DNA of 64,000 nt from Adineta vaga (taxonomy: Eukaryota; Animalia; Rotifera), in NCBI GenBank assembly GCA_021613535.1, contig CP075492.1, positions 9,176,001-9,240,000 of the forward strand, in the 5' to 3' direction. The notes under the pieces were generated by a model. The model worked only from the letters and a program-made list of their open reading frames with translations. It did no database searches and had not been told where the DNA came from. A program made the translations under genes and the position numbers. Below are positions 42,516 through 57,227 of the stretch, piece by piece. The number at the start of each line of letters is the position of its first letter. Within the stretch, counting starts at the first letter, position 1.

Positions 42516-45189
42516 ATGGCAAAATTCGTGATCGCTGGTAATGTCTAACAAATGATATAGAAAGTTCTTTTGAAAATCTCTTTTAAAATCTTTAGGAAAA
42601 GCAAATTGTCCACATTATGCTAAAGCTGAATTACTTGGAGATTATCTCCAACGTAATTTACCCAATTTTATCGTTCATAAATGGCCAGTTGAACCAAAAG
42701 TAAGAGCGTAGTTAAGACACATTTGTGTATAATATAAATTTAAAAAAAAAACATGTCGAATCAACTAGCGATTACCTCATATTGAATAGATCATCTTGAA
42801 TGAATTTAGGATTGGGAACAATGGTTAAAATCTACTTGTGAAAAAAATAAATGGAAACCACCCAAACAATCATCTCCACTTGTTTGGCGTGAATTAATTG
42901 ATCGTGGTGGTCGTGGAACATTAGTAGGTGATCTTGATGATTTTCAAGAATATGCTCATTGTTATTATGGAACAATTCTCAATCAATTCATGAGCAATAC
43001 ATCAACATTATTTCGTTCAATTGCTGATGAAAATGTTCAACAATATACAGCAGATCTGGAATTGAATAGACAATATATCAAACAAACAGTTAATCCATAT
43101 CATATATGTATCATTGGAGCAGACCATCCGTGTGCATATGCATTATTTCCGGATTTAATGTCATCAAAATTATTTCCTAATCGTGATATATATCTTCAAT
43201 TAACAACACACGATTCAGCAAAACTATCATCTTTACAAGCGATTGCGATGGAAATTGAAGATCTTGCTTGTAAACAGTTTCGTTCAATTGAAGTATGTTT
43301 ACAAGATAAGAACAAATCTTCATATGAAAATATGGATTTAATTCTAATACTTGATGATTATTTTTATGAAGAAAAAGAGAAACATTTTGATGCTTCATTT
43401 ACTGAAAAAACAAGACTTAACAAAGAATATGATGAACAAAATTTATTTACTGATGAACGTCCACAATTTAAACCAGAGAAAATGAAATATGATTTAAAAT
43501 CAGCTTATAATTACTATAAAACACTAGCTAATCATATTCAAACAAGTCTTAAACCAACATGTGGAATTCTTTTAGCTTGTTCAAATTCAATAATGATTGC
43601 AACACAAGCATTTACTAAAACAATTAAAACGATTCCAACAAATCATATTCTTGGTCTTGCTCGAACAGTTGAAAATCAAGCAAAAGCAAGAATTGGAAAG
43701 AAACTCTTCTTGGATATTAAAAGTAAGATTAACAAACGGAATAATTCTTTGAAAATAGTTGATAAGTTTAAATTTCTAATAAGTTTGACTTTGAGAAATT
43801 TGATGAATAAGTCTCACATCTTTGACGCTAATTATGTTTGTCATGGTTGATAATAGAGTGTCTCGTTTACGGTCTATGTTAAAGTGTACTGCCAAGGTGT
43901 TTAGCATGGTTTTTGATAGGACATTACTACGGTGTCTATCACGGTCTGTAGGACTAGATTGTTTCTCCTATAAGTCAACCTTCTCTCGTCTTCATGATAC
44001 ACACAAAGTTGTTTCTCGGTTAATTAAGAACAAGATTAAGTTTGAAACTGTAATCAATGTCTGTCTGTAGATAATAAATGAGTAAGAAACACATACATAC
44101 AGGATGTATGTTTTGCTATGTGATAGATGAGCATCTCTATACCAAAGGACAAGACATTCATTCTTTAGTAATTATAAAAATAATATTTTTTATATATACT
44201 ATTACCAAATGGAAAAAGAAGAAGTCAATAATTTGAGAAGAAAAGTTATTGATTACATAATATTAATCATATACATATGACCTTGTTTCGAATGAGAATT
44301 GAAAGATTTTTAAATTGATATGGTAAATATCAAATCGTTGATAACAAGTTTTATTACATATCCTATCTATCGCTCTTCTAAAGAGATTGCTTATGAATAC
44401 ATGATAAGATAATTCAAATAACGATCTATGAAAGTTCATAATCATTGAACATTTCGAATTCATATATTTGTAATGATATATCATAGATGTGGTTGATTTA
44501 CATATTGTTGGAGATGTCAATGGTGAATATATTATTGATACAAATAATTGTCAAGCAGTTGATTATGAAGGAGCTATTTGGGCACAAACATTCTTACGAA
44601 ATTCGACGGAAATGTTAGCTGATTCGAAATTTATTCGAGAAGTAATTCAAAAAGAAGTGGATGAACGAGGTTTAACTCATTCTATTAAGAATTATCTTCA
44701 TAAAATATATGTATGTAAATTTAGAATTTGAACTTTATACTCATGTTGAACATAATCGAACACTTGTTCAAACTCAAGCAAGAGCTATTCTATCATTTAT
44801 TAAAGGTAAATACTTTTAATTATCAATGTTAAAGATTGAAATCATATTTTATCTTAAAGATTGGATCAATGGTTCAAATGATGCACATTCATATTCATGC
44901 GTTATGTCCTGTTCAAGTTCTACTTTAGGTTTAATCGAAACAAACGACGACGAGCAAGCAGATAAGACTATCATTTGTTCTGTACCTGTACTGATGAAAG
45001 GACAAGACGAGATATTGCCTATTGATTTGAATCTATCAAATGATAATCGAACTGCATTCATTCGAATCCTCAAGGTATCGTTGCATTTTTTCACTCACTC
45101 TTTCTCTCTAATACATATCAATAAAATTCAATCAATTTTCTTCTTTTTCGTTTTAATAGGACATGCAAATGAAATATAAAATGGACTGA
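42516..45189 (+). CDS. MDH1B: Malate dehydrogenase 1B-like protein
   Basis: N-terminus [32 protein letters not shown]...[13 protein letters not shown] is characteristic of MDH1B, followed by a degenerate MDH fold. About 7 exons. Confidence 0.9.
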
Positions 45190-45725
45190 TTATCATGAAC
45201 TATTCGTATTTAATCGGGTTTTTCTTTTTCTGCACATTTTTGATCTTCTACACCTTATTAAAACAACATTTTCAATTTCTCTCTCTCTCCTCTTTCTTTT
45301 TCCTCTTTTTTTGCTCTGCTTTTATTAAACGACTAACATGATAATAATAATGATGATGGCGACGAACTTTTCTCTTCTTTTTCTCAAGATATGCATGTCG
45401 TGTTGTGCCCAATCGTGCATGACAAATTTTTTGTTCAGCGTTTTTATACAAAATATGGAGAGAAAACATATCGACATCTATTTCACCTAGTCCACAACGG
45501 TAAAAAGAGCGAGAGAGAAAAAAAATTGAATAAGATATGTATGCATACTAGTCACACGACCGGACTATACGCTCACGCTATCAAGACACAACTATTGCCC
45601 GAGCGTATCACACATACACATCAAAATGATTAATACAGGTGTTCACATTGTGTTCAGTCATGTGTACTCTAGTTTCTGAGTATAAAAGTAATCATAGAAA
45701 TATTGGAAACATTTAAATTACAATT

Positions 45726-47578
45726 ATGTATTATCCACAGTATTATTCAACACCATCACAACAGCAATCGCAACCAACCCCACCAACACCACTATCATCA
45801 CAACAACAACAGCAGCAGCAGCAGCAGCAGCAAAAACAGCAACAACAACCACATCTTTCTCAACAGCAGCAGCAGCAGCAACAACAACAACAACAACCAC
45901 ATCATTCTCAACAGCAACAACAACAACAACCACCACCACCATTGCATAATAGTCGAGATCCCCATCATACATATCGACCAGCTTATTCATCATTTTATCG
46001 GCCTAGTCCAGCACAAAATCGAAGTAGTCATAATCTTAATTTCAGTCGTGAATTTGAACGTTATCCTACGCCACCTCATGGCTATAGTTCAATGCCATCA
46101 GGTGCGTATCCATTCTATGATACTACGAATCAAAAACAACGTTGGCGAGCAGGTACAACTCGAATTCAACAACAATATCGTCGAACACCGGCATTTCATT
46201 TCCAAGATAAATCGACTTATTACTATATGTCTGATCCAATAATTAGTAATGATAATCGAATTACTGTAAAATAAAATAAAAAAATACTTTTCTTTACAAT
46301 ATGTATGTTTGTTCTTTTTTTTCATAGATTCAATTAACGAAAGTTCATATCGGCCATAATGGTGATCAACAACGTGTTTTTGTTGAACAAGAATTTAGTG
46401 ATGAACATGAATTAAAAAAATTCGTGAAAAATCTACGACATAATTTCGAAAAAACATTCAATAATCGTGCAACTGGTGTGCATAGTAGTAGCGAAAATAT
46501 TGATGAAAATCAAAATTCAAACAATAAAAAATCTGGGTAAATTAATCGATGCTTTTTATCTATTTATAACTTAAAAAGTTAACTAATTCTAGGGTCGTTG
46601 TGGTAGAAGAACCCGATGAAGAACCGAAAATTTACGAACAACAAGCCTATAATGAAAATATTGAATTGAAACAATCAGCAAATAATCGATGTTCAAATCC
46701 TAATTCTCCAAGATTAGATAGTTGTGAACATTGTCGACGTTCACCTGTTGATTCTTCGTGTTCGACAGCTCGAACTAATCGACGACGAAAACATAAAACT
46801 AAACATCATCGTGATAAAATTGATAATGATTTGCATATCGAAGAAAAAGAACCATTACCACCACAACAACAATCGCAACAACACAGTGAAAAAATGTCAA
46901 ATTATACCCGTCAATATGAACCTCCACCACGTTTCCCATCACATCGAACTTATCCAAAAGATAAAGATTTTCGATTAAGAAATGATTTTAGTGTTCCACC
47001 TAATCTTACTTCTCAATGGGTATGATATACAATTTAATATATTAAATAAAAATTCTTCTTTCATTCTCTAGAGATTTAATGGATATTCTCATTCATTAAA
47101 TAGTCGATCACGTTCATATATTCCAGCAATGAATGAAAACTATCCTCCATCAACTCCATCCCGTTTTCAATATACTAAAGATCCATTCTTTCGTTCTGGA
47201 CGTCCTCCAACTCCATCGCGTTTTATTCATTCCAAAACTCAACATAAATCGCAAGCATCTCCTCGTTTTCAAACTACATCCCAAAATCGACGAAATCAAC
47301 CTACAACCATTGCTGAACATTTTACCTTTATGAACAATGATCATCAACAACCACGTGTTCATCGTACACGATCCGAATGTCGACCTCAATTTCCTGTTCG
47401 AAGTCGAAGTAAAACTTTTCCCTATCTCGATTATAGTTCCAATTTTAATCAACGTTATTTCAATCCATACATTCATCCCTCAACACCGATGTTTTATTCT
47501 CAACGACGTTTCTTTCGCAATCCACAAAAACACTCATGTTTATTTAATTCTTATCGTCCAAATTCTAAACGTTTTTAG
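45726..47578 (+). CDS. Uncharacterised Gln/Pro/Arg-rich low-complexity protein
   Basis: About 4 long open exons with GT-AG junctions, a polyQ tract and repeated PPRF/PSRF/SPRF motifs. Confidence 0.65.
45800..45930 (+). repeat. CAA/CAG trinucleotide repeats (polyQ)
   Basis: Read directly in the sequence. Confidence 0.9.
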
Positions 47579-47581
47579 TTT

Positions 47582-50500
47582 TTATAATTTCTTATTTCTA
47601 TCACAATTTGTTTCAATACATAATATTCCCATGTTGGAATCTCCTATTGAACATGGCCATATATATTGATGATGAAATAATCCATTTAGACCATCGGGCA
47701 TTCGACTAGCCATGCCAGATAAACTTGAATCTTGACGACTCCAATCATGACCTAAAACGGGGGAAAAGTGAATAGTTATGAAAATATAAGAAGAAAATCT
47801 TCTCTATTTGAGGTATACATACAAGTCTCTCTTGATGCTGAACCATTAGCAGAAGTTCCATGCCACCAGTATTGAAATCTATAGATTGCCAATGAATTCA
47901 TATGTTTCATTCAGTTCTTAAACTTACTCAGGTTTGATTCCTTGTGCATCGAGAATTTCACTTTGTGGTGGTTTTTGTTCAAACATATCTCCAACTGAAT
48001 CGAATAGAATTTGTTCCTAAGAAAAAAATATGATTACTATTAAATTCTTTCGAAAGAAAAACTAACTTTCGTATTAACAATTTTGGCATTAACACAAATA
48101 CCAGCAAATAAATTCGATAGCCATTGTGTACTTGCAGACATAAATGCTCGATAATGACCTTTCAAATTACCTCGACCAGAAATAGTTGCACATAGATGAT
48201 CGTAATCCGCAAGTCTAGAACAAATAGCAGCTCCTCGATTCATATTGCACGATCGGCGAACATGAGGACCAATAGCAAACATATGAAGCTAAATACGAAA
48301 AATATAGTCATTTTAATTAATTGAGATATTTGAAGACATACTGTTGGACATGGAAGTGTAGTTCTGCATTGCTAAATAGAAACACAATATTATAAAAGTT
48401 AGAATGAATTCAAATGCATACTGTCGATGGAATGCCTATCGTTGTAGGTGGTATCGTTGGTTCTGATACAACGACTGGGTACTAATAATCAAAATAAATT
48501 GTATTTCTTTAGTGAATATAATTACAAAAATATTTACTTCGTTTCCTAATCGTATTGGTATCAATTGACCACGAACTCGAACATACACTCCTTGCAATCG
48601 TCCATATTCATTAACAATATGCACATAGGTATGATCAGGATATGTCGGTGATGCTGTTATAGCTTGTTGCAATGTTGTGAATACTCGTAAACTCAACTAA
48701 AGAAGAAGATAAATCAGTATTGCATCTTCTACATATCTAATCGTTTTTCTAACTTGAGTTGATTGCATACATGCTGGTGAACATGATGTACCTATTTCAC
48801 CTCGATCACCTTTTTCACCTTTGAACCGGATATACTAGAGAAAAAAAAAGAAATAAGACTTTTTTGAAAATAATGGAAATTAGTCGTACTGTATTATAAT
48901 CTAAAGTAAATTGGGTAGCTACGGTAGTCGTTGATGGTAGTGGTGGTGGTGATGTTGGACACACACAAGATATTCCTTGGGCATTTCGAAAAGCAATTTT
49001 CTATCAAAAGAAAATCAATTCGAAATTCGAGTTTTCGTATGAGTTTACTTTGGCATCAAGAATTAATTGACCAAGAGCTTCAGCAAGACGTTCGAGATTA
49101 ATTCGTGAACCAAGACATTCTTTTGTATATGTTTCGAATTTTTGACCACAATCTATCAAATTCAAAAATAATACGGACTAGCATAAGGGTGTGCGTAATG
49201 ACAGGATGTAATAATATACAATGTACTCATTTTCTGTCAAGTAAAAGGTATTGTGTGTTCTAGAAACAGGAAATTCTTTATTTGTACTCACTTGTTGGAC
49301 AAATACCTAAATCACCTTTTTCTCCACGGTCGCCCTAAATTAAATTTCTTCAATATTACTCTTTTTCTTTTCAATAATATCTTACTTTTTCACATGGGCA
49401 TGGTGTATAACTCTATAGAATAACAAAAAAACGAGTTCATTAGTCCTAACAATGAACTATCTTATATTACCTGAGGTGTATACTTAGCAAAAGCAGTTGT
49501 AGTACTTCCCTATAATAGACAAACAATTATAATTGTCAAGTGTGTCTGTATTGATACTTCATTATATCAATAAGTCTCACTTGAATAATGTAACAATACT
49601 CATTCATAGAAATCTGATCGAAAGCTATTTATAATTTATTATTATCTTTCGGAATGATGATAGAATATCGAGAAAGTATCTTTGTTTATATTTTATATAA
49701 GACATATCTGGATATAATAGATTACTTATGTTTACATAATTATTCATAAAACAAAATAAAAGAAGAAGTAATCACAATACCTGACAGATAAGACCTAACA
49801 GAAGTAAACTGAACATTTATACTAAAGATGTAATCAGCAAATAATCCGACATACGGAATCGAGAAAATGGTTTCTTTCTATATCCTTCTCTTATTCTAAT
49901 TCAATAAAGCAAAAAAATATTTTGGTGATATTAAGAATAATAGAACTAGAACACAAGGCTAGAGACAAAGTAATTATTCAATTGCTGTGCATGACTTACT
50001 AAGTCTATTGAATATATGAGATATAGTTTTCTATCACTATTGTTTATTTATCAAGAAAGACATATAGAAGCAAACTTTAACATTTGAAGAATAGATTTAT
50101 GACGGCAGTGACAAACGCATCATGCTGCGTATCGGACTACTTATATTGTTTGCTTGGAAGACCGGAAAAAAAACGAATAAGTGATTGGTTTTTCTTTTGA
50201 TGCAGCTGACTGATAATAGATAATAAAGTCGAAAAAATTAGCATGAAAAAGGGTAATTAGAAAACATTTATTGTTTGTCGAAAATATATTACTATCGAGA
50301 AAGATCCAGATGCTCATTAGACAGTTTTGATGTACCGATAATTAATTGCTTTTTTTTCCCAGAATACAAAAAAACTTACCATTGTAATAGTTACAAGGGT
50401 CATATTTGAATAGAGAGGTGGTAAGTCTTTATCTTCACTTATATCATCACCAGAACCATCAAAAATTCTTGTTTGATCTTCATCTATTGGATGTATTGAT

Positions 50501-50757
50501 CGTTGTTGTCGATCATTTAAACGAAATCCTTCTTCTCGTTCAAGGATACGACTCAATTCTTCAATTAACAATTCATTATTAATATCATCGGATGTATCTT
50601 GTTGAAGAGCTGAATCGACAATATGTTTAAGATTACGAACAATTGGATCAATCCGATTATTGTTGTTGTTGTTGTTTGTTGATCGACTCATTAAAACATC
50701 TGTACACAGACCATTGATAATGATCATTAGAATTAGTTGAGAACAAAGAACGTACAT
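47582..50757 (-). CDS. Miniature multiplexin (collagen XV/XVIII-like): signal peptide, GAG site, two tiny Gly-X-Y runs, trimerization domain and endostatin domain
   Basis: Exon 50757-50380 (signal peptide, DGSGDD) splices in phase to small exons at 49613-48750. Then LRVFTTLQQAITA...YVHIVNE...VYVRVRG...IRLG (trimerization) and LHMFA...YRAFMS...WWHG...TCHDW...GMAS...C...ILCIE (endostatin). Confidence 0.85.
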
Positions 50758-51167
50758 TTGCCGGTGCTTTCATTTAGTCAGTAATGTATAATAATAGTTT
50801 CTTCGTTTGTTTATCATTGTCGTTGACAAGAAACAAGAGAATGTCATTGTCTTATAGAGAATATGTCCTTTTGTTCTTCGATATCTTCTGATTGTCTCTT
50901 TCTCTCCATCTCTCTTTCGTTATCATATAGATTGTATGCCAAGAGAAGAAAAAAGGTTTCCGAAAAGACTCATTTTTTATTTTCTTTGTTTGTATTACAA
51001 ACATTACAAATAAAAAATAAAAGAGAAATAGAAGAATATAACAATTACACAGAAAATGGATAAAAAATTGTTATTAATGTTTATACGAACAGAATATATT
51101 GCACAAGATAGTAAAAAAAGAAAGGAAGAAGAAATCAGTCATGTTTTTGTTTGTTTGTCGGTCTATT

Positions 51168-54100
51168 TTATTTAGGTGCAACGAAGATTTCTACATCATT
51201 ATTTTGATTAGCAGCAGCCACTGCTGCTTTTCGTCGTTCTTGAATTAACTTCTTGAGATCATCATTAGGTGCTTTTGTGTTCGATACTTTCGCTTTATTT
51301 TGCTGTGGTTGTAATTGTTTAAGACGATCATCTATAATTCGAGGACGATTGTTAACTAGAAGAAGAAAGACGATATTAATATTCTAAGAACGAGATTCTT
51401 TGAAATAAATCTACCATCATTTGGATCGTATTCATCTTCAATTGGTGCCCATTGTTTCGCTTTACGTGTATCAAGTTTAGAAAATTTGACGTTAACTTTA
51501 TCAATTAATGGATATGTTATATCCCAAAAACCTTCCAGGTCACTATCGAGTGGTGTTGGTTCACCAGCAGATGTTTTTGATTTTGACTATTATATAGATA
51601 ATCAAGAATTGATTAGATAAACAAATTTTTCCTTACAACATTTGCTTGACATAAGCCGCGAAATTGTTTCAGTTTACCTCTTAATAATAAATTAACCTCG
51701 CCCGTTGCAGCATTTATGTCAGAACGAACTAAAGTTTTTAGAAGAAAAGCAATTACTTGATCGTTGAAAAATAGAACAAATCAGTAATACTAACTATCAT
51801 CTGTAAGACGATTATCATCAGTTTGAAGAAGTTTGCTGTAGATGTCTGCTTTAGATTTGATCACCTTTTCTTCTTCATCCAATTTGGCCAAAAATGCTTG
51901 GCCATTCTAAACGAGAGAGAGAGAGAAAAAATACACTCATGCAATTCGATGAATTTACATAGACACACAAACCCTTGTCATAACTGACTTCGACATCTTG
52001 AAAAATGAGTATGAAAATAGAAAACTAAGCAATTGTACACGTTCTCGTTACGGAAAATCATATTAGGCTTTACAATGCAAAGTTTTAATTCTACTTAATT
52101 GAACAGGAAACTTGTTGTTTTTTTTATTTTATTATGCTTACCATTTTATCGACGAGGAGAAGAAACTTGTAGTAATAATCACTGATGAGAAAGAGGACGC
52201 GACCAGCGTAATGATGAAAATGAACGAGAAGAGAAGAAGAAAAAGACGACGTCTATATGATCGAAACTGTTGTGTGAATTTCTTCTCGCGGAACTGACTA
52301 GTTTATTTACGAGATATGTGCGTGATTCGATAAAAGAAAGAAAAATCTAGAGAAATAAAAGGAAAAAAAACAACACAAGTCAGAGAAAGTAAATATGACT
52401 CATCGTCATCGTCACTCAGCACTTTCTATAAGACAGCCTACCATAACAAACTTGACATTATCAAAAGAGAGAAAGAAGAAGAAAAAAAATGGAGAGAAAC
52501 AACGAATGAAATTTTTTTCTCTTTTTCATCATCATCATCATCATCTGTCCATCCAAATAATATGATGGAGGGCACTAGCAAACAAAAAGGGAGCGTTTGA
52601 TGAAGAATAATTTATTCATTCTGGAGGGAATCTATATTGAATAAATATATTGGATTCAATTTCCCCCGATGGCACAATATGTCTATCACGCGTGTGTGCA
52701 TGCCCACAAAATGAACTGAATCATGGAGATATATGAACTAATCTCACACTCATGTACAAAAAAAGACTGAAAAGAAAAGATCAAAAAGTCATTTGTTAGC
52801 TCGTTTTTTTTCATTCGTTTTCTTCGACCATTGAAATAAGAACCTATTTAATAATATAATCATCACTTGTCAACAATCTCAAATGACAAAGATCACTGAA
52901 AAAGAAAAGTATTACTGTCATTTAATTACTTTCTATTTCATGAAAAATAGAAGATTTAAGCAACTAAGAATATTCTATCATGGAGAAATATGTTTTCGAA
53001 TTCATCTAGTTTCTTCTATATTGGTTTGTTTGATTATTGATGATACTTGATGTGGAAAGAATAACCATGAAGAGTCAATGAAAATTAACGAGTATCTTTG
53101 ATGTGAAGATCACCTAATAATATATATATATATATATATTGCATGCATTTACAAATACAATGTATGATTCATCGGCAGTATTCTATTCTATAGTGACAAA
53201 TAAATACATTTTATCAACTCAATTGATAGCCAAGGTTTCGTATTAACACATCATTGAAGATTTATTCGTATTCGATACTATTTATAAACTTATGTGCGAC
53301 ATACGTAAAAGACATTACAAAATGACAGAAGAAGATATCGTGTAATAGAAAACCGGATAAAATAGCAAAAGAAAATTTCTCACTTGATTCAATAAGCGAT
53401 CGACAGAAAACATCTAGCGGATAATTTAACTATTGTAAATTGAGAATATAAAACACTGAATCAATCGATATTCTGTCATATTATATATTTGTTTTTCATT
53501 CAAATAGTAATCAAACAAAAGTTTGATTAAATTTTATTTAAGGTTTCAACAAAATCTTATTTTCGTCCATATTGATGGTATTTATTAGACATCATGGTTT
53601 CTCATCGATTTTTATTAGCAAACGGTTAACTCGAAACACCAGAGCAAGAAAGAAAGAAAGAAAGCAAAGCATAGAGTGGATAAGCAAATTTGTTTGCGAT
53701 TATTTTGTATGTGATCGATTTCGTGTTAATTAGTTTGAAGAATATAAAGGGTGTTCAAGAAGAGAAGGACACAAAAACAAAAGGAAAGAATACACGCGCA
53801 CACACACACACACACACACACACAACAATCTGACACATGAGAGAAGTAAAGAAGAACAAAATACTGACAACAAACACTGAATATAGACATCGATCATCAT
53901 GCAAAGACGAAGAAGAAGGAGACAATAGGCCATCACCATATATGTATAACGTGCGTACGATGTTATTGATTGAATATATATATTTATATGTATGTATAGA
54001 TTTCAATTGAATGAAACTTAATTGTTTATCGCATTTACCTGTGGCTCGTTACATAATGATTCTTGCGTTTTTTGTGTTAAATCATCAACAATTGACCAAA

Positions 54101-57100
54101 CATGATCATCAATAGAACTATTTTCATCATTATCATGTGTTAAATGTTCTTGTTCATGATGGCCATTGGACGATTGATGATTGTAAACGGCAGATGATTG
54201 CCATTGAAGATTTTCACTTTCATATAATTCACCAGTACGATCAAATAATTCAACATTAGGTGATTCGTTGCCATCCATTCGATGTTCATCATCATCAGCA
54301 ATGTGTTCTAATAAAGAAAAAAACGAAAACTTTTTCGATTTTTTTATGAACAGATGGTTATATTCGGTTATTTCATGGTACATTAACCATGTGAGCCAGA
54401 CGAACAACTAAACATTCAGGCCTTCAGCAGTCTGACAGTTTGTCCTTGAGAAGACACTCGTTTTCTTTTGTCAATAGTGCTTTCAGAATCAACTTGAGTG
54501 ATCATCACTCGTTATTTTCAAGGAGAATTATTTCAATTCAACTAAAATATCTTATTTAATATGGACAAACAAATAACTGTTCGAATGTTCTTTTGATATT
54601 CGTCGTTTCTTTTTCCATATTTAATAAATATCATTTCATCAGATTGAAATGACTAATTTGAAGGTTACGCAAATAAATGAATGAATGAACGAACGAAGTC
54701 TTTATATAGTAAAATTTGTCATATCTGAATAGCTTAGACTAGTGATTGAATGATAATTGGCAGTTAATCTTGAAGAAATGCCTTACCAGTTTTTTGTTCT
54801 TCATCCTAGAAAATATATTCAAATAATTGATTTTGTTATGAAAACAAAAAATGAAAATTACCGTAAAAATTTTAATATTATTAAATGATGAAAGTGCTCG
54901 TTCAGTCATTTCGACAAGATTCATATCGGAATCTTCGGACATCTTCGGTATATCATAAATTGGTTGTAATAAATGATTTGGATCTTTTTTAACTACACCC
55001 AATGCTCGATCAACAGCACGTAGAAAATTCTTTTCAAATTCTTGATTATGTTCATCTGTATCTTTACCATTTGGTACATTTTCGAGTTCATCAGGTACAG
55101 CTGAAGTTGAGGAAGCAAATGTTTTTACATGAAGAGCTGCAGCTGGCGTGACATGAACTGTTGATGTACAAGGAATTTGCTCTGATTCAATAAGATCACC
55201 GTCTTCACGTATGATAAGTTCATTGTCACTGGATAAACTGGACGAATGTCCATTAGTAATAGGTTGATGATTATTAGTTTCAACTAAATATTAGAAAGAA
55301 AAAAAAACATCTTATCAACATGTTGTTGTATGAAGATTGAATTACAGATTTTTTTCTCAACAAAAAAGTCATTTGGTGTCAGTCGAGACTATGAGTGTCG
55401 ATATTGTTTTAAGTAAACAAAACCTGCCGAGATGAGAAAAGACATATGACGACGACTTCCCATGGGTTTTTTCATTTCAAGTTCTAATTATTTCAAAATA
55501 TGGTTGACGTAATTCCAAGAGATATAATCTACAAGGAGTAGCAAAGAATATCGATCTCATGACTGCCATTTCAATCGAAATATTCCAAGTATCACAACTC
55601 TGTTGATTGAATTAACGTATAATATTCAAGAACACATTGAAATTCAGAATTAAAACGTTCAATTTTCATTTTCTCTCATCATGCTACTATTTGAATCTGT
55701 TTCCCCTATCAATTCTTCAATTAATAGAAAAATTCCTATGAATATATCATAGTCAATCTATTCTCAATGTCGACCTAGCTACATCTACATTCTTAGTTTT
55801 ATGACCAAACATTTTTCTGATCAATTCTACATAGAGATCATCATCGATATGCTCAACGATACCATTGACTTTCATGTTTAATAATAACAGAGATAGTCAA
55901 ATCATTTACCTGTTGGATCTGTTGGTAAAACATCGTTTTCAACTAAACATAAAATTGAATAAAAAAATCAAATTTTCCAAAGACAAAAGAACATTTTTCA
56001 CATACGAGTAGTTGTTGCTCGTCTAAAACTATCGATACTTCTACTCATTGGTCTTGCTCTTAAACTTGAATACATTCGATTATTATTACTAGTAAAATTC
56101 CAATCAAATTTTCTCTTTCCAACATCATGATAATGATGAAATTTGAATAAATCATGTTGTTGATTTAACATTTTTTCATGATTACCAAATGGTGTTGTAA
56201 ATCCATAACCACTAAGCATACAATTTAATTTAATATTTGATTGTTTACGTGCTTGAAGTAATGGATCATCAGATGTTTTTGGTGGTGATGATTGAACATA
56301 TGGTTGTGAATTGTTTAAAAAGTCATGACTAAGTAATGAACCATTCATTGATATTGTACTTAATGAACGATTATGTACATCACCATTGGTTAAATTGGGA
56401 CGATCATAATAATCAATTGATGAAGTTGTCGTTGTTGATAACATTTCTTTTAAACGATCTGTTGGCAATGGTGCACATGGATGTTGTGATAAAATTCCTA
56501 TGCCATTTGGTTTTGTAGTACTATTATTATTATTATTATTATTATTATCGAAATATTTAGCTCGTATTTCATCATAACAAGCATTAATATGATCAACTTG
56601 ATCTTTATCATGAGTTGGTGGTGTTGGTGAATGTCGTGTTTGCTGTTCAGTTTCAATAGACGTATGTGTTGAACTACGAGTTAATTGTGCAAGACGACTT
56701 GTAAAGCGTTTCATTGGTGATGGATCACGTTTACGAATCTTCTTATTCTGGTCATCATCTGTTTGTGATTGTACTTTTTCCTGTTCATTTGTATATGCAT
56801 GATCGCCATTGATTTCAATAATAACTTGTTTGGCATTTTCACGAGATTTTGTACGAAAACGACGAAGAACAGCTGGAGAATTTAGTTTTGAACGTAAAAC
56901 ATTAATTAATGAACGAGATTTTTTTAGTGAAGGTGTATCATTATTCATTGTTGTACCATTGGTTCGACTTATAGTTGAAGATTTGCGAAATAATGATGTC
57001 GAATGTCGATGTTGAGGATGACCATTACCATTACCATTACCGTTTACATGATGACCATTAATCTTTTCTCGAAATTCCGGTTCATCAAGGTGGACAGGAG

Positions 57101-57227
57101 GTACTGTCGTTGATCCTGAACCACGTCCACCAAGTGTAGCCCATTTTCGTGGCCAACGATGACTTGTTGTGGTACGTGGTGGAAGTTGATTTGTTATCGA
57201 TGGCGGCACAACATCTGTGTCCGGCAT
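51168..57227 (-). CDS. DLGAP: Disks large-associated protein (GKAP/SAPAP/vulcan-like)
   Basis: C-terminal GKAP-homology domain TRNGQAFLAKL...GEVNYLLRGKLKQFRGLCQAN...PTPLDSDLEGFWD...VKFSKL...QW at 51996-51415. Upstream exons (57227-56005, ~55941-55909, ~55283-54862, ~54805-54787, ~54307-54038) join in consistent phase. Confidence 0.8.
53798..53824 (+). repeat. (CA)n microsatellite
   Basis: Read directly; intronic. Confidence 0.9.

Noticed and set aside
43822-44070. 82-aa ORF inside the long MDH1B intron as a transposon remnant
   Set aside because: No transposase motif, terminal repeats or target-site duplication identified.
45703-46242. Alternative-frame Asn/Ser and antisense Val/Ala ORFs
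   Set aside because: By-products of the CAA/CAG repeat.
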